Positions 30,801-38,499 of a DNA stretch of 40,812 nt are shown here, one piece after another. The position numbers and the translations under genes were made by a program. The stretch lies in the IMG/VR virus record IMGVR_UViG_3300025691_000011; one strand, 5' to 3'. This stretch comes from a virus. The notes beneath the pieces are model-generated. The model did no database searches. It was not told where the DNA came from and saw only the letters and a program-made list of their open reading frames with translations. The stretch's first letter is position 1. The number at the start of each line of letters is the position of its first letter.

Positions 30801-30899
30801 TAAATTACTCCAATTCGTATTGTCTGTAATTATTACGTTATTAGGCATATCTGCTATTAACAGAATTTCTAAATTTATTTTATTTGGTAATGTTGGCAT
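27873..30899 (-). CDS. Tail fibre/spike with Cys-rich region, Ig/cadherin-like domain and C-terminal Peptidase S74 intramolecular chaperone (1008 aa)
   Basis: C-terminal SDARSK...LDVVKQINPIEFK...IGIIAQEIEEILPEA...LLLNSIKELSNKV; Ig-like PEAHND...TITYSPNPNWVGTDVVTYKITD. Confidence 0.8.
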   Translation of the reverse strand: MPTLPNKINLEILLIADMPNNVIITDNTNWSNLGINSNDVAMAVKIETPVSLLYMPSYYNIPTSLNNDITKTTPFNYKTKLGVSAIADFLVDNKKCFINGMYTVSVMVAYKQGLNIEYKEYIFKKDISYKKTKIKISQYPECLCATFKSIDTTDYSNTEELSYSHTIHYPADVNEADVVTTLKDYLDNRLATGVYTSTVQTKRNTIIDDVYKIQQTLNGSYSVNADCDTICDIKCGIEKMNDKYNELCGCDKHEADILKDKLNAIMRYIVFYNFFNGCGNTDLSNDYIKNIKAIIGDCKCDCDCSDKNGWISGMCGSSGGSEFDPSSIINYINNHLTQINNAINNINSDINTINTTISNILSSSWLDGLNTACLTSKGFPNTGTSKDKYQFILDTLCSLMTDINKEPEAHNDIITTQINNSKSYNVTSNDFFSSDVTVTIVTQAINGTATVMGDNKTITYSPNPNWVGTDVVTYKITDQHNQTSNATLTIIVNPVQAFSCSTVTPSYNASIYSVGTNLQIAISNQSDIGTNVLTAKQFNIYILDNSNNILNSYSVSGNTSTNPTIWTSPVPILSTWAKVRILMSITTASQSGGLCGTTTYETPTLFSLTDVSISWFDGTTIPICLGILNTDNETQKKNKLMSAICNAITSINTINGISGDGSTANKIKLGGALTENTTINGAGVYKFTFNELKSFSNTTGGANEGTYQKSLNSHIMPENYNGNDGFNIIEETAKIKLNNLYLDNGRGIGHTQSALTLELKDNQSSSSAIKNGSHVCNRFDYIEVAIPNATSDITLEMQQGGDANTIRALANVFMVTNLNSHNPLYKVNISHFINNAIVANPDVGTPLNYYDTFVQQYIGKAKGDGGYTAPSGTFGNSYGVYQAGENDKNAFFGEIKYYSGLTNASDARSKDVIGNFTKGLDVVKQINPIEFKRKAGFGNTEIKQIGIIAQEIEEILPEAITISKEFGIDDFRSYNSDAMIYLLLNSIKELSNKVDEQEKKINELILNK

Positions 30900-30989
30900 A
30901 TTTTTTTATTTTATAGTTTGTATAATATTAAAAAAGGCATAATTGTATGTAAATATACAACCATGCCTCTATATTTTTATCAATAATAT

Positions 30990-31925
30990 CTACTTTTCTA
31001 TTTCGGATACTATCTTCTCTACTTTTGAACGTAGTATTGATGATTTTCCTAATTCGAGTGCAAATAGAAATTGTTTAATTTCGTCACTTTCTGCATCTGT
31101 TGTAAATAGAATATCTTTTGAATACCCTTTTTGTGTTTTTTGCCTAAATCCGTTAACTTCTTTATCAAATGCAACGAAGCCATCATTGATTGATTTTTTA
31201 ACCGTTTCTATGCTTTGTTTTGATGGTGTGATTAAGGATGCAAAATACATAGCTTTATCTTTAGTTACTACAAATTGTTTAACTATTGATATTATCTCTT
31301 TTTTGCCATTTGGCATTTTTAATAAACCATCAATTACTGAATAATTAGGATTTAATTTGGCATTTTTAGAAATACTTAATATTAAATCAAACCCTTGTTC
31401 TGTGTTTGATAATTCATCTATTAGCGTGATGTATTTAACTACCATTTCGGCACTTAACACATCTTGTGGCTGTGTTGCTTTTATATTTTCTGTTAGGTCT
31501 TGGCACTTTAAGCTATTGTCAAAAAGTTCTATATAAGATAGATACTCCAACAATCTAATAGATTTCAAGCTGTCACCATATACTGCAATCTTTTGACCCT
31601 CTAATGTTATGGGTTTTACGTTTGGCTCTTCAAATCTCCCATTTGCATTTCTATAATATGCATGGCTTTCATGTATATCATCTTCATTATTATAAATGAT
31701 AATATGCTTTTTTAAACCATCGCCTTTGTTTGCATTGATAAAAAATACCGCCGGTAGGATATAATTACCTAAAACTGCTTGTTTATCTTTTGCATCTGTT
31801 TGACTTTCATGGTATCCTGAGAACGCTGAAAATATAAATGGTACATTTTTGTTCTCTGTCGCAAATTCTACCCTTTCTTTAATTTTTGAAATTCTTTGTT
31901 CGTCTGTCATTGTTATTGTATTCAT
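30990..31925 (-). CDS. Hypothetical protein downstream of the capsid gene (311 aa), probably virion-associated
   Basis: ORF track; position between capsid and tail genes. Confidence 0.6.
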   Translation of the reverse strand: MNTITMTDEQRISKIKERVEFATENKNVPFIFSAFSGYHESQTDAKDKQAVLGNYILPAVFFINANKGDGLKKHIIIYNNEDDIHESHAYYRNANGRFEEPNVKPITLEGQKIAVYGDSLKSIRLLEYLSYIELFDNSLKCQDLTENIKATQPQDVLSAEMVVKYITLIDELSNTEQGFDLILSISKNAKLNPNYSVIDGLLKMPNGKKEIISIVKQFVVTKDKAMYFASLITPSKQSIETVKKSINDGFVAFDKEVNGFRQKTQKGYSKDILFTTDAESDEIKQFLFALELGKSSILRSKVEKIVSEIEK

Positions 31926-31940
31926 AAATATTTGTTTTTT

Positions 31941-31973
31941 AAAAATAAGAGGGTTGCCGAATTAGCAACCCTC
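31941..31973 (-). terminator. Rho-independent terminator after the major capsid gene
   Basis: 9-bp perfect stem GAGGGTTGC-(CGAATTA)-GCAACCCTC at 31949-31973, followed on the minus strand by TTATTTTT. Confidence 0.85.
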
Positions 31974-31983
31974 ATTAATTAAT

Positions 31984-33543
31984 TTATACAAAATAAGACG
32001 CAGCTTTTGGTTGTAATAACACACATTCTGATGCTAATGGTGATATTACCGTAAACTCTGCAATTCTTCTTTTTTCTGCATAGTCGCAAGTACCATGTGA
32101 CGGTGTGCCTGCTCCTCCGTCATAAGTTTCATAAGAACCATCTCTAACTCTACCGTCTTGTTGTTTTTTATACAACACTTGGATAGGTGGCGTTTCTATC
32201 ATTTGTCCACTTGATGCATTTCTAACAGTTGTCAGCTTATTAGGGATAAATACGCCTGTATTATTATATCCGATACCCCATTGATTGCCGTCTGTCAATA
32301 CATCTGTTTGGTATAACTCGATTGTGATACCTTTAAATGATATTGAGTTTGTAGTAAAGTTAAATGATAACCCTTGTGAAGTTGCACTAAATGGTAATAC
32401 CTGTGCATTTGCAATCCATGCACTTGGAATAGTTGCAGCTGCTGTTTGTAAGTCACCATATAAACCTGCTCCTAACATTAATTTACCTGATTTAATACCT
32501 TTAGAAATACAGAAGTCAATTAAAGGTGTTATTGTATTGGCAAAAGTAACACTACCAGGAGTTGTTTGTATAATTGTTCCGCCATTTACTGCAATAGACG
32601 GTATAATACCATTACTTGCTCTTGTATGGCGTGAATTTGATAATACAGATGTGGAGGTTTCCTTTTGTCCAAATAAAATAGCACTCGCTAATTTATTATT
32701 AATGTTTTCCTCTAATTCTAAATCCAAATCGGAAACAATTAAGTTAGATTGAGTTCCTTTACTATTCGTGATAACAGTTTTCCAATTACGAGCAGTAGAT
32801 GCATAAGTACCAGAAAAGTTTTTTGTACTATCTGTGATTGTAAAACCACTTTCATAGATATTAGGAAAAGCCTCTAACATAGAGTTAGAAGGACATGATT
32901 TTTCTTCTCTACTGTTATTCACGAAGAATAATTTATCAGAAGTAGTAATTGTAGGTGCTGTTTGTGTTGTTAATGGAATTGCAACTAAAACATTAGCAGT
33001 ACCAGTACCACCCATTGCTCCTGCTGTCATTGGTGCATTGGTATCCATTACTCCCATTTTACGAAGTCCTGCACCTGTCCCATTGTCAACGCCTACTATA
33101 CGAATTTGGAAACGAGTGTCCCCAACTTCTAATATTTGGTCAACATCGGCTGCTATACCACTTGCTAAAGAATAAGTTGTAGGTAATACTATCTTCAATG
33201 CGCTATTATTACCTGTGCTTGTTACCGTTGCTCCTGTAATAAATAGTTTTTGTCTTTCGTAAACCTCATATCCTACTTTAAATGCTTGTGTAGTAGTGCT
33301 TACTGCTCCAAAAGAATTTAGTAATGATAAAAAGTTTGTAGTCGGGTCAAATAGATTTTTCTTTCTTACAGTTAAAAAAGTGTCATGCAGCAATAATCTA
33401 CGCACGGATGCATCCGTAATTCCTGAAACACCTAATATATTCCCTATTTCCATACTCTTACCCCAACGTTGGATTTTAGTAAAAGTATCGTTTGTTGCAC
33501 CTGAAAATAAAGGCGCTAAGTCTGATTGCTCTGAAATAAACAT
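31984..33543 (-). CDS. Major capsid protein (519 aa)
   Basis: Size typical of crAss-like capsid proteins; follows an acidic scaffold-like gene and precedes a strong terminator; LE..IN..LA.AILFGQ and NGIIPSI segments fit an HK97 P-domain. Confidence 0.75.
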   Translation of the reverse strand: MFISEQSDLAPLFSGATNDTFTKIQRWGKSMEIGNILGVSGITDASVRRLLLHDTFLTVRKKNLFDPTTNFLSLLNSFGAVSTTTQAFKVGYEVYERQKLFITGATVTSTGNNSALKIVLPTTYSLASGIAADVDQILEVGDTRFQIRIVGVDNGTGAGLRKMGVMDTNAPMTAGAMGGTGTANVLVAIPLTTQTAPTITTSDKLFFVNNSREEKSCPSNSMLEAFPNIYESGFTITDSTKNFSGTYASTARNWKTVITNSKGTQSNLIVSDLDLELEENINNKLASAILFGQKETSTSVLSNSRHTRASNGIIPSIAVNGGTIIQTTPGSVTFANTITPLIDFCISKGIKSGKLMLGAGLYGDLQTAAATIPSAWIANAQVLPFSATSQGLSFNFTTNSISFKGITIELYQTDVLTDGNQWGIGYNNTGVFIPNKLTTVRNASSGQMIETPPIQVLYKKQQDGRVRDGSYETYDGGAGTPSHGTCDYAEKRRIAEFTVISPLASECVLLQPKAASYFV

Positions 33544-33573
33544 AATTTTTAATTTTAATTGTTATTAATGATT

Positions 33574-34632
33574 TTACCACCCACTCTTATTTCGTTCATA
33601 CTCCACTTGTGTTACATTTGGAGTATTTGCTATACCGTTACTCTTATAACCTCCTTTTACATTACTCGTTGCATTGTTGTACATTCCGTTAATGGACTTA
33701 TAAGCATCATTAACCTTTCTCTCTACAATGTTCTTATTGTAAAAATCTGTTATACCTTTCATTATAGCATCCTTGTTTTTAATGAAATATACGGCATCTA
33801 AAACATCCTCGTCTTTCAAGTTTTTAAGTACGATATAGTCCTCATTGTTTATATTGCCCGAAAAGACAACATTATCAACTGCACTACCTAACTTCTCCTT
33901 GTCATACGTTAGCTTTATATCATCCGTAATCCCAAAATCATTAATTGAATTGGTATATTTTTCTATCTTTTCCTTGAACTTAACAATATCCTCCTCTTTG
34001 AACATATTATTATTATTCGTATTTAATAGGGTTACTTTCTTTTCATTTAGTATCTTCTTATTTAACTCTACTGCTTCATCTCTATTTTTTATAATATCTA
34101 AGTATTTATCAAAATTAGTATCTTTAATATAATCCAAATCATCTCCTACTCCATACTTCTCTAATGCTATTCTTGCCAAATCATCTCCACTCTTAACATA
34201 CGGATACTTAACTTTTATCTGCTCTATAATATGCTCATCTTCTGTAATGTCTTCCGAATTAATACTCATAGAACTCAATATATCCTTCACCCCTACTCCA
34301 TTCTTGGTTAATTCATATATCTGTTTTAAGTCACTATTATTGACTATATCATCCGCTATCTTTAATTTATCAGATATACCACTTATCTCCTCATTGTATT
34401 TACTTCTCCAATCAGTACTTAAATACTCCTCATCTATTTCTCTACCATATTTACCACTTATAGCTTTTAAATCTACATCTTTCGGTAATTCATCGGCTAA
34501 TACATTCAAATCTATATCTTCATTACGCCAATCTTTTATATTACCTAAATCATCAGCTATACTTACTTCATTAATAACTATATCCCCCGTATCAATATCA
34601 GGAACTTGTGTTATATCTGTTTCCTCTTGCAT
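33574..34632 (-). CDS. Putative capsid scaffolding protein (352 aa)
   Basis: Very acidic, helical protein directly upstream of the capsid gene. Confidence 0.55.
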   Translation of the reverse strand: MQEETDITQVPDIDTGDIVINEVSIADDLGNIKDWRNEDIDLNVLADELPKDVDLKAISGKYGREIDEEYLSTDWRSKYNEEISGISDKLKIADDIVNNSDLKQIYELTKNGVGVKDILSSMSINSEDITEDEHIIEQIKVKYPYVKSGDDLARIALEKYGVGDDLDYIKDTNFDKYLDIIKNRDEAVELNKKILNEKKVTLLNTNNNNMFKEEDIVKFKEKIEKYTNSINDFGITDDIKLTYDKEKLGSAVDNVVFSGNINNEDYIVLKNLKDEDVLDAVYFIKNKDAIMKGITDFYNKNIVERKVNDAYKSINGMYNNATSNVKGGYKSNGIANTPNVTQVEYERNKSGW

Positions 34633-34665
34633 ATTATTTTTTTTTACAAATTTATATATTTTTTC

Positions 34666-35664
34666 TTATATTGTTACTTTTTTTTCTAATAATTTTCCTA
34701 CATCTACCCCCTTATAAAATCCACCATTTACCTCTTTTACTTTCTCAATATATTTATTTATATAATTCTTGTCACAAAATTGCATCACCTTGTTTATCTC
34801 ATACTTACTATACCCATTGCCTACCATATCCTCTATTAACGCATATCTTATACTACTCGAACTTATCTTATATCCTTTATACTTTTTATGGCTATTTATT
34901 AACTTGTTTATACTCACTTTCGTATTATATAAACCCGTAAGCATTAACTTATCCCTAATCCCAAATATATACCAATCCATACTAACATCGCCTACTATCT
35001 TGTTTTTTAACTTATAATACTCCCCATATTCTCCCAATAACCTCAAACTCTCATCACTTAATATTACATAAATCTCCCTGTCTTCACCCTTTGTCTTTAC
35101 TTGTACTCGTAACATCATACTACCTGCCTTGCTATTATATTGTATATCTCCCCAACGTAAACTAAATATACTCCACGTACTTAAACCAGTAGTAAATAAT
35201 AAATATATTAACAAATAACCTCGCTTGTCATCATACATACCTCTCCTCAATATACCCAATATCGTAACTATATCACTCATCCTAAATACATCACATTGTA
35301 TCTTTTTTAACTGTGGTAACCCTCGTATTCCTATTACTATATTCTTAATCCCTATATGCTCCAACTCTCGATACAAAACTCGAATACTATCAAAATAACC
35401 ATTAACAGTAGTTGACTTATATCCTTTGCTTATCAAATAATCCTTGTACCTTATTATGTCACGCTCTCCTATATCCTTTACATAATCTAATCCTATCTCT
35501 ATCATTATATACTCACTGAACTTTTTTATCCTATAAAATAACTCCTTTCGTGTGTTTTCTCGCTTACTACTACCATATATCCCTATATATTCAACTAATT
35601 CACTTACCTTAATACTCTCACTTGAATACATTTTCTTATACTCGTTTTTTATACTTATTCCCAT
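34666..35664 (-). CDS. Tyrosine-recombinase-fold protein, probably catalytically degenerate (332 aa)
   Basis: SAM-like core-binding region (YKDYL...GYKSTTVNGYFDSIRVLY) and catalytic-domain layout (RGYLLIYLLFTTGLS, LRWGDI, VKTKG, WYIF), but TGLS replaces TGLR, SSIR replaces HxxR and the box II GH is absent. Confidence 0.75.
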   Translation of the reverse strand: MGISIKNEYKKMYSSESIKVSELVEYIGIYGSSKRENTRKELFYRIKKFSEYIMIEIGLDYVKDIGERDIIRYKDYLISKGYKSTTVNGYFDSIRVLYRELEHIGIKNIVIGIRGLPQLKKIQCDVFRMSDIVTILGILRRGMYDDKRGYLLIYLLFTTGLSTWSIFSLRWGDIQYNSKAGSMMLRVQVKTKGEDREIYVILSDESLRLLGEYGEYYKLKNKIVGDVSMDWYIFGIRDKLMLTGLYNTKVSINKLINSHKKYKGYKISSSSIRYALIEDMVGNGYSKYEINKVMQFCDKNYINKYIEKVKEVNGGFYKGVDVGKLLEKKVTI

Positions 35665-36531
35665 TTTTATACTTTTTTATACCAATCCTTTTTACAATAT
35701 TAATATTTTTTTTAAACTTTTTTTTAAACTTTTTTTATATTCCTATGTTATTTTTTTATATGTAATACTTTTTTACCGTTTTTTTTATCGTATGTGGAGG
35801 ATATGCATGAGTCAACCGCAAAATATACCCACCGCCCCAAATGGAAACCCGAAATAAAAACTGGGAGGGCTGTAAACTAAACCTGCGCTGACGCATTGTT
35901 ATGAGTTCGGTATTAAAAGCTGATGACTACGTTGTGTAAAACCTAAAACGATGCGGATTAAACCGATGTAATACTTATATATTATAAATAAATGTAAATG
36001 TAAATTATTAATATCAATGAATTGCTTTATTGTTTAGTAATATTAGAGGAATATGAATTGTATTAGATTATATTATATTAATATGAATATAAATTTTATT
36101 ATATATACAGGTATAATAAATATCAATTATGCAGGAGTGAATGTGGAGGATGCAAACGTTGAGGATATATAATAAATAAGATAATATATTCAGTTTTTTT
36201 TGATATATATTTATAGTGATTTACAGCAACAATCAGCAATCAAATAACTACCTATAATTATGTATATATTAGTAAAAAATATATGTATAACGATTTTAGT
36301 GTATGCCCTAATTCGCATTTTAAGGCATATTTAAGGCATTATTATTTTTGGGTAGGGTATTACTATGTTTTGTGTGTGATAATGGATATGAGTACCTTAC
36401 AAAGCCTATTATACAAAAGCTATCATAACAATACTTTAAAGAATAAATATGCAGCACGAACCATAAGAATAACAATAGATAAAGTAGCAATACAAAATGA
36501 TACGAATATCATTGTATATATTAACAAAAAA
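35665..36531. other. AT-rich non-coding region, candidate replication origin and/or packaging site
   Basis: T-tracts at 35705-35790, CCCACCGCCCC at 35828-35838, C>G to G>C skew change on the + strand, repeats ATGTGGAGGAT (35792-35802, 36141-36151) and TTTAAGGCAT (36319-36328, 36330-36339). Confidence 0.45.
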
Positions 36532-36903
36532 CTAAAATTTATAATATCTGCCGTTGAATAACATATTAGGATTAACATAGAAAGAATTATTTTTTTTATA
36601 TATTATATTTTTATCAATAAGTTTAGTGGATACTTTTGAGAAAGTAGATTTACACATATTACAATATTTATAATTAAAATTTTCGATAATTAGTTTATTA
36701 GGTTTAATTGTAAGCATAATATATTTAATTAAAATCAATTCGTTTTTAGTTAAAGTATCGAGTATTGATATTAGTTCATAGAATACTTTAATAAATATTT
36801 GTTTATCAGATATATGAATGATATTATTTTGATTAAGAGCTGTTAGTTCATGTAGTTCACCTGTGTCAATATCAGCAACTATTTTTTTGTTAATTCGTTT
36901 CAT
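36532..36903 (-). CDS. RepL-like winged-helix replication/DNA-binding protein (123 aa)
   Basis: LTKNELILIKYIM...MCKSTFSKVSTKLIDKNIIYKK....YVNPNMLFNG resembles RepL-type wHTH proteins. Confidence 0.6.
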   Translation of the reverse strand: MKRINKKIVADIDTGELHELTALNQNNIIHISDKQIFIKVFYELISILDTLTKNELILIKYIMLTIKPNKLIIENFNYKYCNMCKSTFSKVSTKLIDKNIIYKKNNSFYVNPNMLFNGRYYKF

Positions 36904-37197
36904 TTAAAGTATAAAATAAGGTATAAATATAGAGAAAAAAATAGTTTACTCTTACTTTAAGAATAGGTTATTTACAAGTAATTGATTTTCAGTTGATTAA
37001 AATGTTAAAAGTTTCAAATTTCGGAAATTTAGTTGAAGAAATCGGAAACTTTATATTATTATATATTATTAATTTTTTTAATTAAATAATAATGTTTTTA
37101 CGTTGAATTATTTAAAATATTTTTAGATTAAGTTTTTTATTCACGCCAAGGGGTAGTTCACAATACATGGTAAAATACCAATAAACATTGATAGTTT

Positions 37198-37211
37198 GTT
37201 GCACGCTATTT
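37198..37211 (+). other. First cassette junction core site (attI-like or remnant)
   Basis: GTTGCACGCTATTT matches the reverse complement of 37889-37902 at 13/14; no long hairpin upstream. Confidence 0.55.
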
Positions 37212-37421
37212 GGCAGCGTCCCTAATGTCGCCGGTTGACAGGACAAAGTCTTTACGAATGATACAAACTTCATTTTCAAATGGTTGACTAAAATCGTATC
37301 TGTCAAGAGTGAATTTTGAAACGCCCAAATCTTTATTATCCAGGAAAATAGCAGCAAGCGAACCGTAATATTTATGTTCGCCTGTTGCCTTAATTGTTAA
37401 GTGAAATATTCTACGTTTCAT
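37206..37421 (-). CDS. Small protein, possible DNA-binding regulator (71 aa; start reassigned from 37580 to ATG 37421)
   Basis: MKRRIFHLTIKATGEHKYYGSLAAIFLDNKDLGVSKFTLDRYDFSQPFENEVCIIRK...; ATG overlaps the end of the upstream Zn-finger gene. Confidence 0.6.
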   Translation of the reverse strand: MKRRIFHLTIKATGEHKYYGSLAAIFLDNKDLGVSKFTLDRYDFSQPFENEVCIIRKDFVLSTGDIRDAAK

Positions 37422-37617
37422 AATTGCTGCATTTCCCACAAAAGGGTTTTGCGTTTTTTGTAATAGAAATATTGTTCCCGTCAACGTAATAGAATGTATG
37501 TTTAGCACAATTAATGCTGCCACACTTACTACAAGTGAATTTTTCTTTATTAAAGTATTTTTTAGCGGCTGGGATTTCACAGCCGCATTCTGCTTTTATC
37601 AATTGTCTTTCCGCCAT
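37411..37617 (-). CDS. Small Cys-rich (Zn-finger-like) protein (68 aa)
   Basis: CGC, CSKC, C, CGKC motifs. Confidence 0.65.
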   Translation of the reverse strand: MAERQLIKAECGCEIPAAKKYFNKEKFTCSKCGSINCAKHTFYYVDGNNISITKNAKPFCGKCSNYET

Positions 37618-37784
37618 GCTAACCCGTGTGTTTTTTTAATGTTCTTACCGTTTAATATTCTGCAATAAAAACCATCTGCATAAACGAAATCACCATCAAA
37701 TTTTATTTGTGTTGGTGTCTCACCTAATTCAGAGATAAAACTTGCAATTATTTTCTTTTCGAGTTTGTTGTTTAAAGTTGTCAT
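37599..37784 (-). CDS. Hypothetical protein (61 aa), first gene of the cassette 1 operon
   Basis: ORF 19 nt downstream of a consensus Bacteroidota -7 box. Confidence 0.7.
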   Translation of the reverse strand: MTTLNNKLEKKIIASFISELGETPTQIKFDGDFVYADGFYCRILNGKNIKKTHGLAWRKDN

Positions 37785-37803
37785 TTTGTTTGCTTTTGTG
37801 ATA

Positions 37804-37835
37804 CAAATATAAGGCGCTTATTTGTATTCACCAAA
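37804..37835 (-). promoter_or_regulatory. Bacteroidota primary-sigma promoter of cassette 1 with overlapping palindrome
   Basis: Minus strand TTTG (37832-37835), 20 nt, TATATTTG (37804-37811); imperfect inverted repeat ATACAAATATAAG-GCG-CTTATTTGTAT at 37801-37827. Confidence 0.8.
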
Positions 37836-37895
37836 TCTTTTTACAATTATTTTTCTCTAAATTGTAATTTTAACAAACTTTAACAAATAAACAGC

Positions 37896-38029
37896 GTGCA
37901 ACAAATGTATTGGCAAAAAAGCGGCTGACGAATAAATTCTGAACATTGGAATTTCTAATCAGCAGCAGGAAGTTATTGAGCTTGACGTTCATTGAATTCC
38001 GCTTCTTCGCCAATACGTAACCGTTAGTG
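37896..38029 (+). repeat. attC-like element 1 (134 bp)
   Basis: GTGCAAC ... GTTAGTG; arms GTATTGGCAAAAAAGCGG (37907-37924) and CCGCTTCTTCGCCAATAC (37999-38016) complementary at 16/18. Confidence 0.8.
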
Positions 38030-38041
38030 GCAAATGCTACG

Positions 38042-38209
38042 TTACTGCTTCTGTTTGACATTTTGCTTCTTTACAGCGTTATTCAAAACATTTTCCATCC
38101 ATAAGGTAAGATTGCCGCCAGTTGTTTTATTTGCTTCATTCTGCCAATTCTTAATATCTTCTGCATTGAACCGTTTCGGAAGCATTGTATCTCGTTTTTT
38201 CTTTTCCAT
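38042..38209 (-). CDS. Small putative ribbon-helix-helix-like DNA-binding protein (55 aa)
   Basis: Hand-translated: MEKKKRDTMLPKRFNAEDIKNWQNEANKTTGGNLTLWMENVLNNAVKKQNVKQKQ; strand-helix-GGNL-helix pattern. Below the ORF-track cutoff. Confidence 0.6.
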   Translation of the reverse strand: MEKKKRDTMLPKRFNAEDIKNWQNEANKTTGGNLTLWMENVLNNAVKKQNVKQKQ

Positions 38210-38211
38210 TA

Positions 38212-38469
38212 TTATTTGGTTTTAACTTCAAAAATGTATTGCCATTCTTTTTCATAAGGTGTCCAAGTATGTTTTACTAAATCGTAAACACGAACATCAT
38301 AAAGATTATCTCCTAAAGGTGTAACCATAACTTTAGTTCTGTTCGCTTTTAGTTTTTTGCCAAATAAATCTGGATTGTTCTGTTCAATAACAGCAAGTAA
38401 AATCTTTTTTACGTTTGCCCCGCTACATTTAGTTGGGCTTGTGCTGTGATATGATACTGTTGCTTTCAT
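38212..38469 (-). CDS. Hypothetical protein (85 aa; start reassigned from 38520 to ATG 38469)
   Basis: MKATVSYHSTS...; the longer annotated start lies inside the promoter. Confidence 0.7.
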   Translation of the reverse strand: MKATVSYHSTSPTKCSGANVKKILLAVIEQNNPDLFGKKLKANRTKVMVTPLGDNLYDVRVYDLVKHTWTPYEKEWQYIFEVKTK

Positions 38470-38499
38470 TTTTCTTTGTTTTAATTGATTATTGTAATG

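Noticed and set aside
712-30899. Diversity-generating retroelement acting on the tail fibres
   Set aside because: No reverse transcriptase gene and no TR/VR repeat pair differing at adenines were seen in the window.
3588-35017. Numerous short plus-strand ORFs and nested minus-strand ORFs inside structural genes
   Set aside because: They are antisense or out-of-frame shadows of long genes, rich in F/L/S/I as expected from AT-rich reverse frames.
34666-35664. Canonical integron integrase IntI or an active prophage integrase
   Set aside because: The catalytic Arg and His residues are substituted and there is no evident I2 insertion.
35840-35970. Structured ncRNA or tRNA in the slightly GC-richer intergenic patch
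   Set aside because: I could not build a convincing stem set or cloverleaf by eye; an Infernal/tRNAscan search would be needed.
35552-36561. ORFs 35552-35857 and 36283-36561 (+)
   Set aside because: Low-complexity translations of T-tract/AT-rich DNA that overlap real genes in antisense; no recognisable motifs.
37206-37580. The 124-aa version of the last cassette 1 gene
   Set aside because: Its first ~53 codons overlap the Cys-rich 68-aa gene in another frame; the coupled ATG at 37421 is the more plausible start.
37870-38225. ORFs 37870-38061 (-) and 38034-38225 (+) from the track
   Set aside because: The first runs through attC-like element 1; the second is antisense to a better 55-aa ORF at 38042-38209. 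Both are likely artefacts.
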